A stretch of 31,714 nt of DNA from Rhizobium sp. Q54 (GTDB lineage: Bacteria; Pseudomonadota; Alphaproteobacteria; Rickettsiales; UBA1997): NCBI GenBank assembly GCA_945865855.1, contig CAMBES010000001.1:1-31714 (forward strand). The letters run 5' to 3'. Of the stretch, positions 9,016-17,743 are shown piece after piece (position 1 is the stretch's first letter; each line of letters opens with the position of its first letter). A program made the position numbers and the translations under genes. The notes under the pieces were generated by a model. That model did no database searches, was not told the DNA's origin, and was given only the letters and a program-made list of their open reading frames with translations.

Positions 9016-10062
9016 TTACTGATTCAGTATTTTTTTAATATTGGCCTCAAACTCAACCACATCTACGATCTGGTCGGTATGAAATTCATTCAAATAGGTA
9101 TTGGTTTTATCGACTTCGCAATATTGGTAAAAATGTTTGAGATTAAACGCTTGCGAAGCCTCGGCAATCATGATCGCCCCCGGAAGATCGTCATATTCTT
9201 TTCTCGGGTAAAGTTCGAGAATTTTAGTGCCGGCCTGACAGAACATAACGTTGGTCAAATTCGATCCACACTGACTAACAATAACCTTCGCATTGTAAGC
9301 AATCGCAACACTGTCAGCGAAACTAAAATCTTCCATGTAAACTGTGGTAAACCCGTATTTAGACAAAACTTTATCTACCTCGGTCTGATTCAAAATAATG
9401 CGTTTTTTTTGCTTACTGCGCGAAATGAAAATTCTTTCGCCGAGACTGAAATTTAAAGCATTATTCTTCTTACAATAATCAAGAATGGTGTTGGCAACCT
9501 CAACGGTCACCGAGTCGTAAGTTGTAGTCGGCCCGCCTCCCCCAAGCATGAAAGTAGGAAAAATTATATGATTAGATGTCACTGCTTCGCGCTTATCAAA
9601 TTTGATAACTTGCTCTTTAGGAATTCCGATCATTTCCAAAGTTTCTAAGCAAAAATTGCTCTCATAAAAAATCTTAGGAAGTGCGACCTTAAAATCATTT
9701 TTGTAATGCTTTTTAACCAGATAAGCTCTGATCAAATTATCACACATCCAGTGGCTAAAATAAGGCGAATATCCATCAGCAATAACAAGCACCGGCATAT
9801 CTTTCATGTCGATGATTTTGCTCTTGAAATAGAGATGAACTAATATTTTTTGGAGGCAGTAAAAGCTCTTTGAAAAATCAGGGCGCGACTCTTTCATCAA
9901 GCGTAATCCACGAAAAATAAGATTGTCGAGATTGACGTAAGCCTTGCCGTAATCGATTAATTTTACTTCGCTCGTTTTCCCCAAATAAGCTCTCGGCGCA
10001 GAATAATTTGATGGCAGAGTGCGGCTGATTTCGATTTGTGGTAAAATGATTTCTGATTTCAT
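9016..10062 (-). CDS. Glycosyltransferase family 61 (DUF563-like)
   Basis: YFSHWMCD, RIFISRSKQKKRIILNQ, EDFSFADSV...AKVIVSQCGSNLTNVMF...ILEL, matching the GT61 pattern. Confidence 0.75.
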   Translation of the reverse strand: MKSEIILPQIEISRTLPSNYSAPRAYLGKTSEVKLIDYGKAYVNLDNLIFRGLRLMKESRPDFSKSFYCLQKILVHLYFKSKIIDMKDMPVLVIADGYSPYFSHWMCDNLIRAYLVKKHYKNDFKVALPKIFYESNFCLETLEMIGIPKEQVIKFDKREAVTSNHIIFPTFMLGGGGPTTTYDSVTVEVANTILDYCKKNNALNFSLGERIFISRSKQKKRIILNQTEVDKVLSKYGFTTVYMEDFSFADSVAIAYNAKVIVSQCGSNLTNVMFCQAGTKILELYPRKEYDDLPGAIMIAEASQAFNLKHFYQYCEVDKTNTYLNEFHTDQIVDVVEFEANIKKILNQ

Positions 10063-10079
10063 GATGTAATCTTTTGGGG

Positions 10080-10994
10080 TTAATTAAGAAGTTTCAGAAC
10101 CTCCGATTCAACTGCTTTTGAAGATAATAAATTTTTCTGATATAAAAATTTTTCACTGCCGTAAAAACCATCAGATAAAGACTCAACCGCCATTCTTTTT
10201 AACTTACAGTTAAGTGAATTTTCAGCAATAATTTCAGCGATCATTGAGCCAATTCCGCCATTGGCGTAGTGAGCTTCGAGCGTAATCACATTCTGATGTT
10301 TTTTGAGTAAATTTTTGATCTCTTCCAAAACTTCTTTTTCAAAAGTTGGGATCATCGCGAAAGTGATTTTAATATTTTTTTGCAGCAGATTTTTAACGGC
10401 AATTTCGGCTTCTGCGCCAATAGTTCCAAGAGAGAGTAAAATTAAATTTTTGCCACTTTGCACAATTTGTAATTTATGTGGATCGAACTCTGTTTGCTCC
10501 GCTAAAATTTTTGTCGTGCCTTTACCAATGCGATAAAAAATTGGGCCAGAATATTGATAAGTTTTTTCTAACGCTTGCGGCGATTGAACATCATTGCTCG
10601 GAGCAACATACATAAAGCCCGGCTGAGATCTGACTAGAGCAACATCTTCAAGCAAATGGTGCGTTGAACCCAGAAGGCCATATTCAAATCCGCAACCGAT
10701 ACCAACAAATCTTACTGGCAAACGATGAAAAACTGGGCCATTTCTTATAAATTCAAAAGGACGCAAAAGAACAAAAGGTGAAATTGAATAAACAAAAGGA
10801 ATGAAGCCATCTTTAGCTAAGCCAGTTGCAATGCCGACCATATTTTGCTCAGAAACTCCGACGTTGTAAAAACGATCAGGAAAGTTTTTTTGGAATTCTT
10901 CAACAACAGAAAAACCTAAATCTGCAGTGAGTAAAACAATGCGCTGATCTGTTTTTGCGAGCTCAATTAATTTTTTGATAAAATCGTTACGCAT
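10080..10994 (-). CDS. Split transketolase, C-terminal (pyrimidine-binding/C-domain) subunit
   Basis: LLTADLG, FPDRFYNVGVSEQNMVGIATGLA, GSTHH, EAHYANGGIGS. Confidence 0.9.
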   Translation of the reverse strand: MRNDFIKKLIELAKTDQRIVLLTADLGFSVVEEFQKNFPDRFYNVGVSEQNMVGIATGLAKDGFIPFVYSISPFVLLRPFEFIRNGPVFHRLPVRFVGIGCGFEYGLLGSTHHLLEDVALVRSQPGFMYVAPSNDVQSPQALEKTYQYSGPIFYRIGKGTTKILAEQTEFDPHKLQIVQSGKNLILLSLGTIGAEAEIAVKNLLQKNIKITFAMIPTFEKEVLEEIKNLLKKHQNVITLEAHYANGGIGSMIAEIIAENSLNCKLKRMAVESLSDGFYGSEKFLYQKNLLSSKAVESEVLKLLN

Positions 10995-11775
10995 TCAACT
11001 CCTGCATGGCTTGTTGATATTCCTGCTCATTCATTGATTTGTAATGCCAAGGAATTGATTTCTCCATGAATGACACACCTTTCCCGGAAATTGTTTTAGC
11101 GGAAATGAAAGTTGGCTGATCAATTTTTTGTTCAATGAATTTTTTCAAAGTAGTTCTAATTTTTTCTTGATCATGGCCATTAATTTCCTCAACAAAAAAT
11201 CCGAAAGTTTTTATTTTTTGTGCAACATCAGAAATATTAATTACTTGATCAGTAAAGCCCAAAGCCTGTTGCCCGTTGAGATCAAGAATAATGCATAAAT
11301 TATTTAGCTTGTGATGCGCGGCAAATAAAATCGCTTCCCAGAAAGAACCTTCGTCAAGTTCAGCGTCGCTAATTAGACAATAAATTTTGCGATTACTTTT
11401 TTGAATTTTTGCTGCCAAAGCTGCACCAGTTGCGAAAGTAATGCCCTGCCCTAATGAGCCAGTTGTAAATTCAATTCCAGGTACAAAATGTTTTGGGTGA
11501 ACAGCAATTCTCGTACCATCAACACAGTAGCTATCGAGCTCTTCTCTGCTCAATAAACCTTTCAAAAACAAAGCGGCATAAAGAGCTAAAACGGCATGAC
11601 CCTTTGATAAAACAAAACGATCTCGCTCAGGATTCTTTGGGTCATCAATTATGATTGCATCCTGATACAAAACACCAATCAAATCAGCAATGGAAAGGGC
11701 TGAGCCAATATGCCCAACTCCGGCCACTTTAGAGTTTTTGATGACAATTTTTCTAATTTCGTCGGAGAAATTCAT
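10987..11775 (-). CDS. Split transketolase, N-terminal (ThDP-binding) subunit
   Basis: GHIGSALS, RDRFVLSKGHA, TTGSLGQG, SDAELDEGSFWE...DLNGQQ, KGVSFME. Start moved to ATG 11775 because the track start at 11868 overlaps rfbF. Confidence 0.9.
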   Translation of the reverse strand: MNFSDEIRKIVIKNSKVAGVGHIGSALSIADLIGVLYQDAIIIDDPKNPERDRFVLSKGHAVLALYAALFLKGLLSREELDSYCVDGTRIAVHPKHFVPGIEFTTGSLGQGITFATGAALAAKIQKSNRKIYCLISDAELDEGSFWEAILFAAHHKLNNLCIILDLNGQQALGFTDQVINISDVAQKIKTFGFFVEEINGHDQEKIRTTLKKFIEQKIDQPTFISAKTISGKGVSFMEKSIPWHYKSMNEQEYQQAMQELNA

Positions 11776-11783
11776 ATTTTTTA

Positions 11784-12560
11784 CTACCAGATTTTCCACG
11801 GCGCTTTGCCCGCAGACCATAAATTTTCGAGATGAATTTTGTCGCGCTGAGTATCCATCGCATACCAAAAATCTTCGTGCTTGAAGGAAAGAAGCTGATT
11901 GGCTTTAACCATATTTCTTAATGGCTCCTGTTCTAAAATCACCTCCTCGCCATTCGGAATATAATCAAAAACCTGCGGCGAAAAAACAAAAAATCCGCCA
12001 TTGATGTAATTGCCGTCGCCAGAAGGTTTTTCATGAAAATTGCGCACAGTTTCTTCATCGTCAGATAATTCTAGAACACCAAATCTTCCCGCTGGCTTTA
12101 CTGCGGTAAGGGTTGCAGCCTTGCCATGCGATTTATGAAATTTGATTGTCTCTGAAATATTGGCGTCGCAAACACCGTCTCCGTAGGTAAGACAGAAATC
12201 TTCGTCGCCAACATATTTTTGGATTTTTTTGATGCGCGCGCCAGTCATCGCGTGCTCACCAGTTTCAACTAGAGTCACTTTCCAATCTTCTGAAGAGTTG
12301 TTGTGAATAACTTGAGTATTGTTCGCCAAATCAAAAGTGATGTCCGACATGTGGCGGTAATAGTTAGCGAAATATTCCTTCACCACGTAGCCCTTGTAAC
12401 CCAAGCAAATCACGAATTCTTTGATGCCGTGAGCTGAATAAATTTTCATAATGTGCCACAAAATCGGCTTTCCGCCAATCTCAATCATCGGCTTTGGCTT
12501 AAGACCAGTCTCTTCGCTAAGTCTTGTGCCAAGGCCACCGGCAAGGATTACTGCTTTCAT
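11784..12560 (-). CDS. rfbF: Glucose-1-phosphate cytidylyltransferase
   Basis: LAGGLGTRLSEET, KPMIEIGGKPILWHIMK, LTYGDGV, FWYAMDTQRDK, APWKIW. Confidence 0.95.
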   Translation of the reverse strand: MKAVILAGGLGTRLSEETGLKPKPMIEIGGKPILWHIMKIYSAHGIKEFVICLGYKGYVVKEYFANYYRHMSDITFDLANNTQVIHNNSSEDWKVTLVETGEHAMTGARIKKIQKYVGDEDFCLTYGDGVCDANISETIKFHKSHGKAATLTAVKPAGRFGVLELSDDEETVRNFHEKPSGDGNYINGGFFVFSPQVFDYIPNGEEVILEQEPLRNMVKANQLLSFKHEDFWYAMDTQRDKIHLENLWSAGKAPWKIW

Positions 12561-12561
12561 C

Positions 12562-14343
12562 TTATTTTAATTTCATTGTCACAAAATATTTCTCTGCCAC
12601 AAAATATGGATCAGAAATAACCTCTTTCCAAAAAACATTTCCGTCTTTTTCTTCTTTGCGCAGCGGAATGCGAATGATTTCTGCAAAGCCAATATTGTTG
12701 TAAATATTTACCGCTGATTGGTTATCAGCAAAAACACGCAAATAAACTTTACTGATCTGCAATTCTTTCTTAGCAAATTCAATAATTCTCTGACAGGCTA
12801 AAGTCATCAAGCCTTTAGCAGTGCCATTAACGCCGCGGATAATGTTATCAAGCTCGCAAGCTTGCTTTTGATAATCGAATCTGAATAGCCCTACATGTCC
12901 AATCAGCTGATTTTTTTCATCAGCAACAAAATATAAAATACGATCTGTTTGTTCTAAAACTTGTTTTTCAGTCCAAGCTTTTGTTCCTTCGAAAGTAACT
13001 TTAAATTGCGACGGGAAGGCGTGCTGGCTCTCTTTGCGCCAATTGGTTAAAAGAGTGATTTTTGCATCATCCTTTAAAGTTGCGGCAGTGATTGGAATTA
13101 ATTTTCCGACAACTTTGCCCCCATCTTTAATTTCCATCTCAGTTGAACCATCTGTTTTATTGGTTTTAAGGGTTACTTCAACTTTTTCACGATATTCTAA
13201 AAATCCTGAAATCTTTTTGTCTTTTGATTTCGCGCCCAAAATATCACGAACGTGAGAGCAGATATAATCTACTTCTTCCTCAGTTCTATTGTGACCACTT
13301 GGTAAGTTAATGCCGCGTAAGCCTACGTGATAAGCATCTTTATTATCAACTTTCGAGAACATTGGCAACGAACTCAAAGGGTAAAAAATTGGACGAGAAT
13401 CAATCATTCTCTCTTTCAACTTTCCTATAAATTCATCGCGCGAAAATTTCACTTTTTCCTCAAGCACAATTGAGCTCATCCAATAGATATTTTTTGCCCA
13501 AGGCTTTTGTGCATTAAGTGCAATTAGATCGGATAAATCGCCCAATCTTTCTTGATACCATTTGAAAATCTGAATCTTGCGCTCAACAATTTCTTCAACC
13601 CTTTCAATCTGCGCCAAACCAATAGCTGCTTGAGCATTAGACATTTTATACTTATAGCCAATGTCAAGGTTATAGAGAGTTCTTTTTGGATCTCGACCTT
13701 GATCCCAATAGAATTTAAATTTCTCGTTAATTTCATCATTATTGGAAACATAGATTCCACCTTCACCAGTTACGATTGCCTTAGCGCCTTGAAAGCTAAA
13801 AGCACCAACGTCACCCAAACTTCCGGTTTTTTGACCTTTATATTCCGCGCCAATTGATTGCGCAGCATCTTCAATAATTATCAAATTATGCTTTTTTGCC
13901 AAGGCCCAGATTGGCTCCATATCGCAAGGATGCCCATAAATGTGAACCGGCATAATAGCTTTCGTTCTTGGCGTGATCGCCTTTTCTAAAGACTCTGGAC
14001 ACATCGTCCAAGAAGCGCGATCAACATCACAAAATACAGGAGTTGCTCCAACGTATTTCACCGCCGCCGCCGTGGCGATCCAAGTAATTTCAGGAAGAAT
14101 AATCTCATCTCCCGGACCATAACCAAGAGCAATCATCGTCAAATGCATCGCTCCAGTGCAACTTGAGGTAGCAATCGCATGCTTCGTTCCGACATATTCG
14201 CCAAATTTGGTTTCGAATTTTTTGATGTAATCGGAATGATGCATGTTCCAGCCGTTCTTGATAGCGTCAGCCCCATACTCAATTTCTTTCTGAGTAATTG
14301 AAGGCCCAGCGGTCAGAATCATTTGATTGATGATGTCTTTCAT
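12562..14343 (-). CDS. DegT/DnrJ (perosamine-synthase-like) PLP aminotransferase fused to a C-terminal GNAT N-acetyltransferase
   Basis: SSCTGAMHL, PVHIYGHPCDM, IEDAAQS, FSFQGAKAIVTGEGG (catalytic Lys present), NIYWMS. The last ~200 aa contain IGHVGL and LRVFADNQSAVNIYNNIGF (GNAT). Start uncertain (14343 or 14322). Confidence 0.85.
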   Translation of the reverse strand: MKDIINQMILTAGPSITQKEIEYGADAIKNGWNMHHSDYIKKFETKFGEYVGTKHAIATSSCTGAMHLTMIALGYGPGDEIILPEITWIATAAAVKYVGATPVFCDVDRASWTMCPESLEKAITPRTKAIMPVHIYGHPCDMEPIWALAKKHNLIIIEDAAQSIGAEYKGQKTGSLGDVGAFSFQGAKAIVTGEGGIYVSNNDEINEKFKFYWDQGRDPKRTLYNLDIGYKYKMSNAQAAIGLAQIERVEEIVERKIQIFKWYQERLGDLSDLIALNAQKPWAKNIYWMSSIVLEEKVKFSRDEFIGKLKERMIDSRPIFYPLSSLPMFSKVDNKDAYHVGLRGINLPSGHNRTEEEVDYICSHVRDILGAKSKDKKISGFLEYREKVEVTLKTNKTDGSTEMEIKDGGKVVGKLIPITAATLKDDAKITLLTNWRKESQHAFPSQFKVTFEGTKAWTEKQVLEQTDRILYFVADEKNQLIGHVGLFRFDYQKQACELDNIIRGVNGTAKGLMTLACQRIIEFAKKELQISKVYLRVFADNQSAVNIYNNIGFAEIIRIPLRKEEKDGNVFWKEVISDPYFVAEKYFVTMKLK

Positions 14344-14362
14344 AATTGGAGAATTTTTGAAC

Positions 14363-15553
14363 TTAATATTGCGACAGGAATTCACTGATTGTCGAATGCA
14401 TATGCGCGATCATCTCTTCATTTAGGCCGTGATGACAAGCAAGTAAAGTACCGCCGCGCATCACGTTATCAGAATTAGCGAGATTTGCAGCTTTGCGCAT
14501 TTCAATATTTTTAAAACCGGGCTGACGCGTGATATTGCCGGTGAAAAGAACGCGAGTTTGAACATTTCTTTTTTCCAAGAAAATTTGGAAGTCGCGACGT
14601 TCGAAAGGCGCTGAATCTTTAACAATAATTGGAAAAGCTAACCAGCCAGTGCGCGTATTTTTTGTCTCTTCTGGCAGTGTAAAAAACTCTTCATATTTTT
14701 TGAAAAAGTTTATTTGTGTTTGGTAATTTTTACGACGTGTATCGATGTTATTTTCCAAATCATTGAGCTGTTCGAGACCAAATGCTGCACCGATTTCAGA
14801 GCCTTCTAAATTATAGCCGATAGATTCAAAAACGAATTTTGCGTCGTAATTAATTCCGTCAATATCAACGTTAAAACGGTTCTCGATTGCTTCAGATTTT
14901 TCGTCAAAAATTGATGAGCTGCGACCCCAAGAACGCAGAAGTTTAGAATTTTTTACATGCTCTTCATCATTGATGCAAAGCGCGCCACCATTGCCGGCGC
15001 AGTTGATGATGTGCGATCCGTAAAAACTGGTGATCGACATGTCAGACCAGGCGCCACTTGATTTGCCGTTTAGAGTTGATCCTAAAGCATCAGCAGAATC
15101 TTCGATTATTCTTAAATTATATTTCTTGGCGATCTCGGCAATTTTGTCCCACTCGCAAATATTTCCAATCAAGTTTGGCGCGAGAATTGCTACGGTTTTT
15201 GGCGAAATCATTTCTTCAATTTTTGCCGGATCGATGCAGAAATCAGCAAAACCAACATCAACAAAAACTGGGATCAAACCTGCTTTTACGATAGAGCCGA
15301 CAGTCGTTGAGAATGTAAGTGCGGGGGTGATTACTTCAGAACCTTTTTCAAAACCAAAAGCTTCAACACCAATGTAAAGCGCGGAAGAGCCAGAGTTAAC
15401 GTAGAGACAATGTTTTTTTGCAAAAAGTGCAGCGATTTTTGCTTCAAATTCGCGCGCATATTTTCCCATTTGCGTGCCTTCTTTCAGGCATTTTACGACG
15501 GCATCAATTTCCTTTTTACCGTAGACGGTTCTGGCGTAAGAGACGGAGATCAT
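14363..15553 (-). CDS. PMP-dependent NDP-4-keto-6-deoxyhexose 3-dehydratase (RfbH/DdhC/ColD family)
   Basis: DegT fold with His in place of the Schiff-base Lys (SFYGSHII). Also NSGSSAL, IIEDSADALG, LRSWGR, FESIGYNL. Confidence 0.8.
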   Translation of the reverse strand: MISVSYARTVYGKKEIDAVVKCLKEGTQMGKYAREFEAKIAALFAKKHCLYVNSGSSALYIGVEAFGFEKGSEVITPALTFSTTVGSIVKAGLIPVFVDVGFADFCIDPAKIEEMISPKTVAILAPNLIGNICEWDKIAEIAKKYNLRIIEDSADALGSTLNGKSSGAWSDMSITSFYGSHIINCAGNGGALCINDEEHVKNSKLLRSWGRSSSIFDEKSEAIENRFNVDIDGINYDAKFVFESIGYNLEGSEIGAAFGLEQLNDLENNIDTRRKNYQTQINFFKKYEEFFTLPEETKNTRTGWLAFPIIVKDSAPFERRDFQIFLEKRNVQTRVLFTGNITRQPGFKNIEMRKAANLANSDNVMRGGTLLACHHGLNEEMIAHMHSTISEFLSQY

Positions 15554-15580
15554 TTGTTTAAATTTAGAGTTGGTATGAAA

Positions 15581-15596
15581 GCGTCATCCACGCGCA
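15581..15596. repeat. Truncated REP arm
   Basis: GCGTCATCCACGCGCA versus GCGTCATCCCCGCGCA at 15639-15654 (15/16). Confidence 0.7.
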
Positions 15597-15640
15597 AGTT
15601 CACCAATTCGGTTCTTTAACATTTCCCCGAAAAGTATCGC

Positions 15641-15721
15641 GTCATCCCCGCGCAGGCGGGGATCCAGGGGGGCTCGCAATGTGCTGGAACTTTCCTAGAT
15701 CCCCGCCTGCGCGGGGATGAC
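15641..15721. repeat. REP doublet (same family as 6226-6310)
   Basis: GTCATCCCCGCGCAGGCGGGGATCCAG, then a 27-nt loop (15668-15694), then CTAGATCCCCGCCTGCGCGGGGATGAC. Confidence 0.92.
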
Positions 15722-15785
15722 GAAAAAGAGAAGATCGGGAATAAATTACGGAACTTAAGTTGGTGAATTTTTACAGGATGAAGTG

Positions 15786-16904
15786 TTACTTAAGTTTTAG
15801 TAAAAGGAAATAGTCGGTTAAAGCCAGCTGTAATTTAACGAATTTTTTACGCAGAGAATTTTTCATTCTTTGGAAAAAATTCTTTTTCTTCACGATTAAA
15901 AAATCTGGATTTAGCGCCAGAAAATGATCCCAATTTTTCAGAGAGATCGTCTCTTTCTTACTGTATTTACCTGCATCTGCAGCAACAATCTCAGAAATTA
16001 AATTGTAAAGATTGTGCTTATCCATCACCAAATCTTTCGCCTGTAAAATTTTCTCTTTCGATTTCTCGTAAGTATTTTCGGCGATCACTTTTTCAATTAT
16101 CGCCAAAGCAGTTTTTGGATGTTTGATGTCAATTTGCGTGAGCATTTCGCGATCGAAATAATCATGAATATTCGGAGCGCCATAATAAATCGGGTAAGCA
16201 CCAGCCATGAAAGCGTCTGCTAATTTTTCCGTCCAATAATCGTTGGAACTGCTATTTTCAAGCGAGAGGTGATATTTGTAAGGCGCGATGCCGTCCCATT
16301 TATTTGGCATGTCGCGAACTCCGGCACCAAACCAATCTAGCTGATCGCCAAAATGTTCTTTGGCTTTAAGGCAGAAATCGAGGCGAGCTCTGTGCCCAGG
16401 GCTGCAGACTTTGTTTGAACAAAAAACCGAAATTAGTTTTGGTTTTTCATATTCGCGCATCTTTTTGAAATCATCATAACCAAAACCTTCGCCTTTCCAT
16501 TCGTTGAAATCGTCACCGCTTTTAATGGGATGCCCGGCATCAACCCACCAATTCATCGGTGAATGCGCCTTGTAAACTCTAGGGTGCTTGGCCTGTTCGT
16601 GTGAAACGTAGAGGCGATAAAATTGATTAATAAATGGCGATAGAGAGTCGTAGCGAATTGTTTGTGGCGGCTCGCAAGCCATAAAAATCACGTTTTCTTT
16701 CGGACAAAGACAAGTTTCGTGAATAAAACTTTCGCCAATCACAACCCAATAATCAGCCTCGATAATTGAAGCATCATTGTAAAAAAACTCACAATTCTTC
16801 CAAAGATTTCCGCGCCCCGGCAAAAATTTATTCATCATTGGATTGGAATGATCTTGCGCCGCAAGACTTACGTTTCCGGCGCTAATTTTTACTCTTACCT
16901 TCAT
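15786..16904 (-). CDS. Glycosyltransferase family 10 (alpha-1,3-fucosyltransferase-like)
   Basis: YKYHLSLENSSSNDYWTEKLADAFMAGAYPIYYGAPNI is the GT10 signature. FCSNK is also present. Confidence 0.82.
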   Translation of the reverse strand: MKVRVKISAGNVSLAAQDHSNPMMNKFLPGRGNLWKNCEFFYNDASIIEADYWVVIGESFIHETCLCPKENVIFMACEPPQTIRYDSLSPFINQFYRLYVSHEQAKHPRVYKAHSPMNWWVDAGHPIKSGDDFNEWKGEGFGYDDFKKMREYEKPKLISVFCSNKVCSPGHRARLDFCLKAKEHFGDQLDWFGAGVRDMPNKWDGIAPYKYHLSLENSSSNDYWTEKLADAFMAGAYPIYYGAPNIHDYFDREMLTQIDIKHPKTALAIIEKVIAENTYEKSKEKILQAKDLVMDKHNLYNLISEIVAADAGKYSKKETISLKNWDHFLALNPDFLIVKKKNFFQRMKNSLRKKFVKLQLALTDYFLLLKLK

Positions 16905-17743
16905 TATTTACCGAATCTTTTTTGTAATTTTTTTTTGGCTTTTTTTACTAAACAGAATTTAGCAAAAAGCCCATATCCCCTAGAACTACAATTCTTCAAA
17001 ATATCCAATTGATCTTGCTGCATTTCTTTTCTTGAGGGCAAGATTTTATTCTCAGAATTTCCTAGAGATTTTTGCCAAGCCTTAACTTGCTCCTCATCAG
17101 ACAATTCTATTTTTGTCTGACGCCAATTGTAAATCGAGCGTGGCGAATAAATTAATTTCCCTTCGCGCGCCATATTGCAAACAAAAACGTGATCATTACC
17201 GATCATCGCTTTCATCGGAAATTTTTGCGCAACTTTCGTACGAAAAATTCCAAAAAGTGCTGAGACTTCATGAAGATGAGCGATCAGGCAATATATGCGC
17301 TCTGCCGCATAATCAGAAGTTAGGCGATTGGCATACCAAAAGTCGTAAATGCCGATTTCAACATCCTCATTATCAATCGCCCGAGAAGCGGGATAGCAAC
17401 CAACAGCATCACTATTTTCAAGAATGTGCAGCATGTGCTTGGTGTATCCTTCATCCAAATAATCATGACCACCCATCCACATAAAATATTTGGTCTTCGC
17501 CTCCTTGAGTAGAAAATTGAAATTCGCCGTTCCGCCAACATTTTCAGCATGTCGGATGTAAACTAGGCTTGAATATTTCTGCGCCAATTCTTCGCAAATT
17601 TTCTGTGTATCGTCGGTTGATGCATTGTCAGAAACGATCACAAATCCCGCTTGATCAATACAAGATTCTATCGTTTTTTTGATATGCCTCGCCTCATTGT
17701 AAGCAGGAATACCAATGGTTAGCAGGTTTTTGTAATATTTCAT
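16904..17743 (-). CDS. Glycosyltransferase family 2
   Basis: LTIGIPAYNE, VSDNASTDDT, ENVGGTANF, YFMWMGGHD (DxD position is degenerate). Confidence 0.82.
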   Translation of the reverse strand: MKYYKNLLTIGIPAYNEARHIKKTIESCIDQAGFVIVSDNASTDDTQKICEELAQKYSSLVYIRHAENVGGTANFNFLLKEAKTKYFMWMGGHDYLDEGYTKHMLHILENSDAVGCYPASRAIDNEDVEIGIYDFWYANRLTSDYAAERIYCLIAHLHEVSALFGIFRTKVAQKFPMKAMIGNDHVFVCNMAREGKLIYSPRSIYNWRQTKIELSDEEQVKAWQKSLGNSENKILPSRKEMQQDQLDILKNCSSRGYGLFAKFCLVKKAKKKLQKRFGK

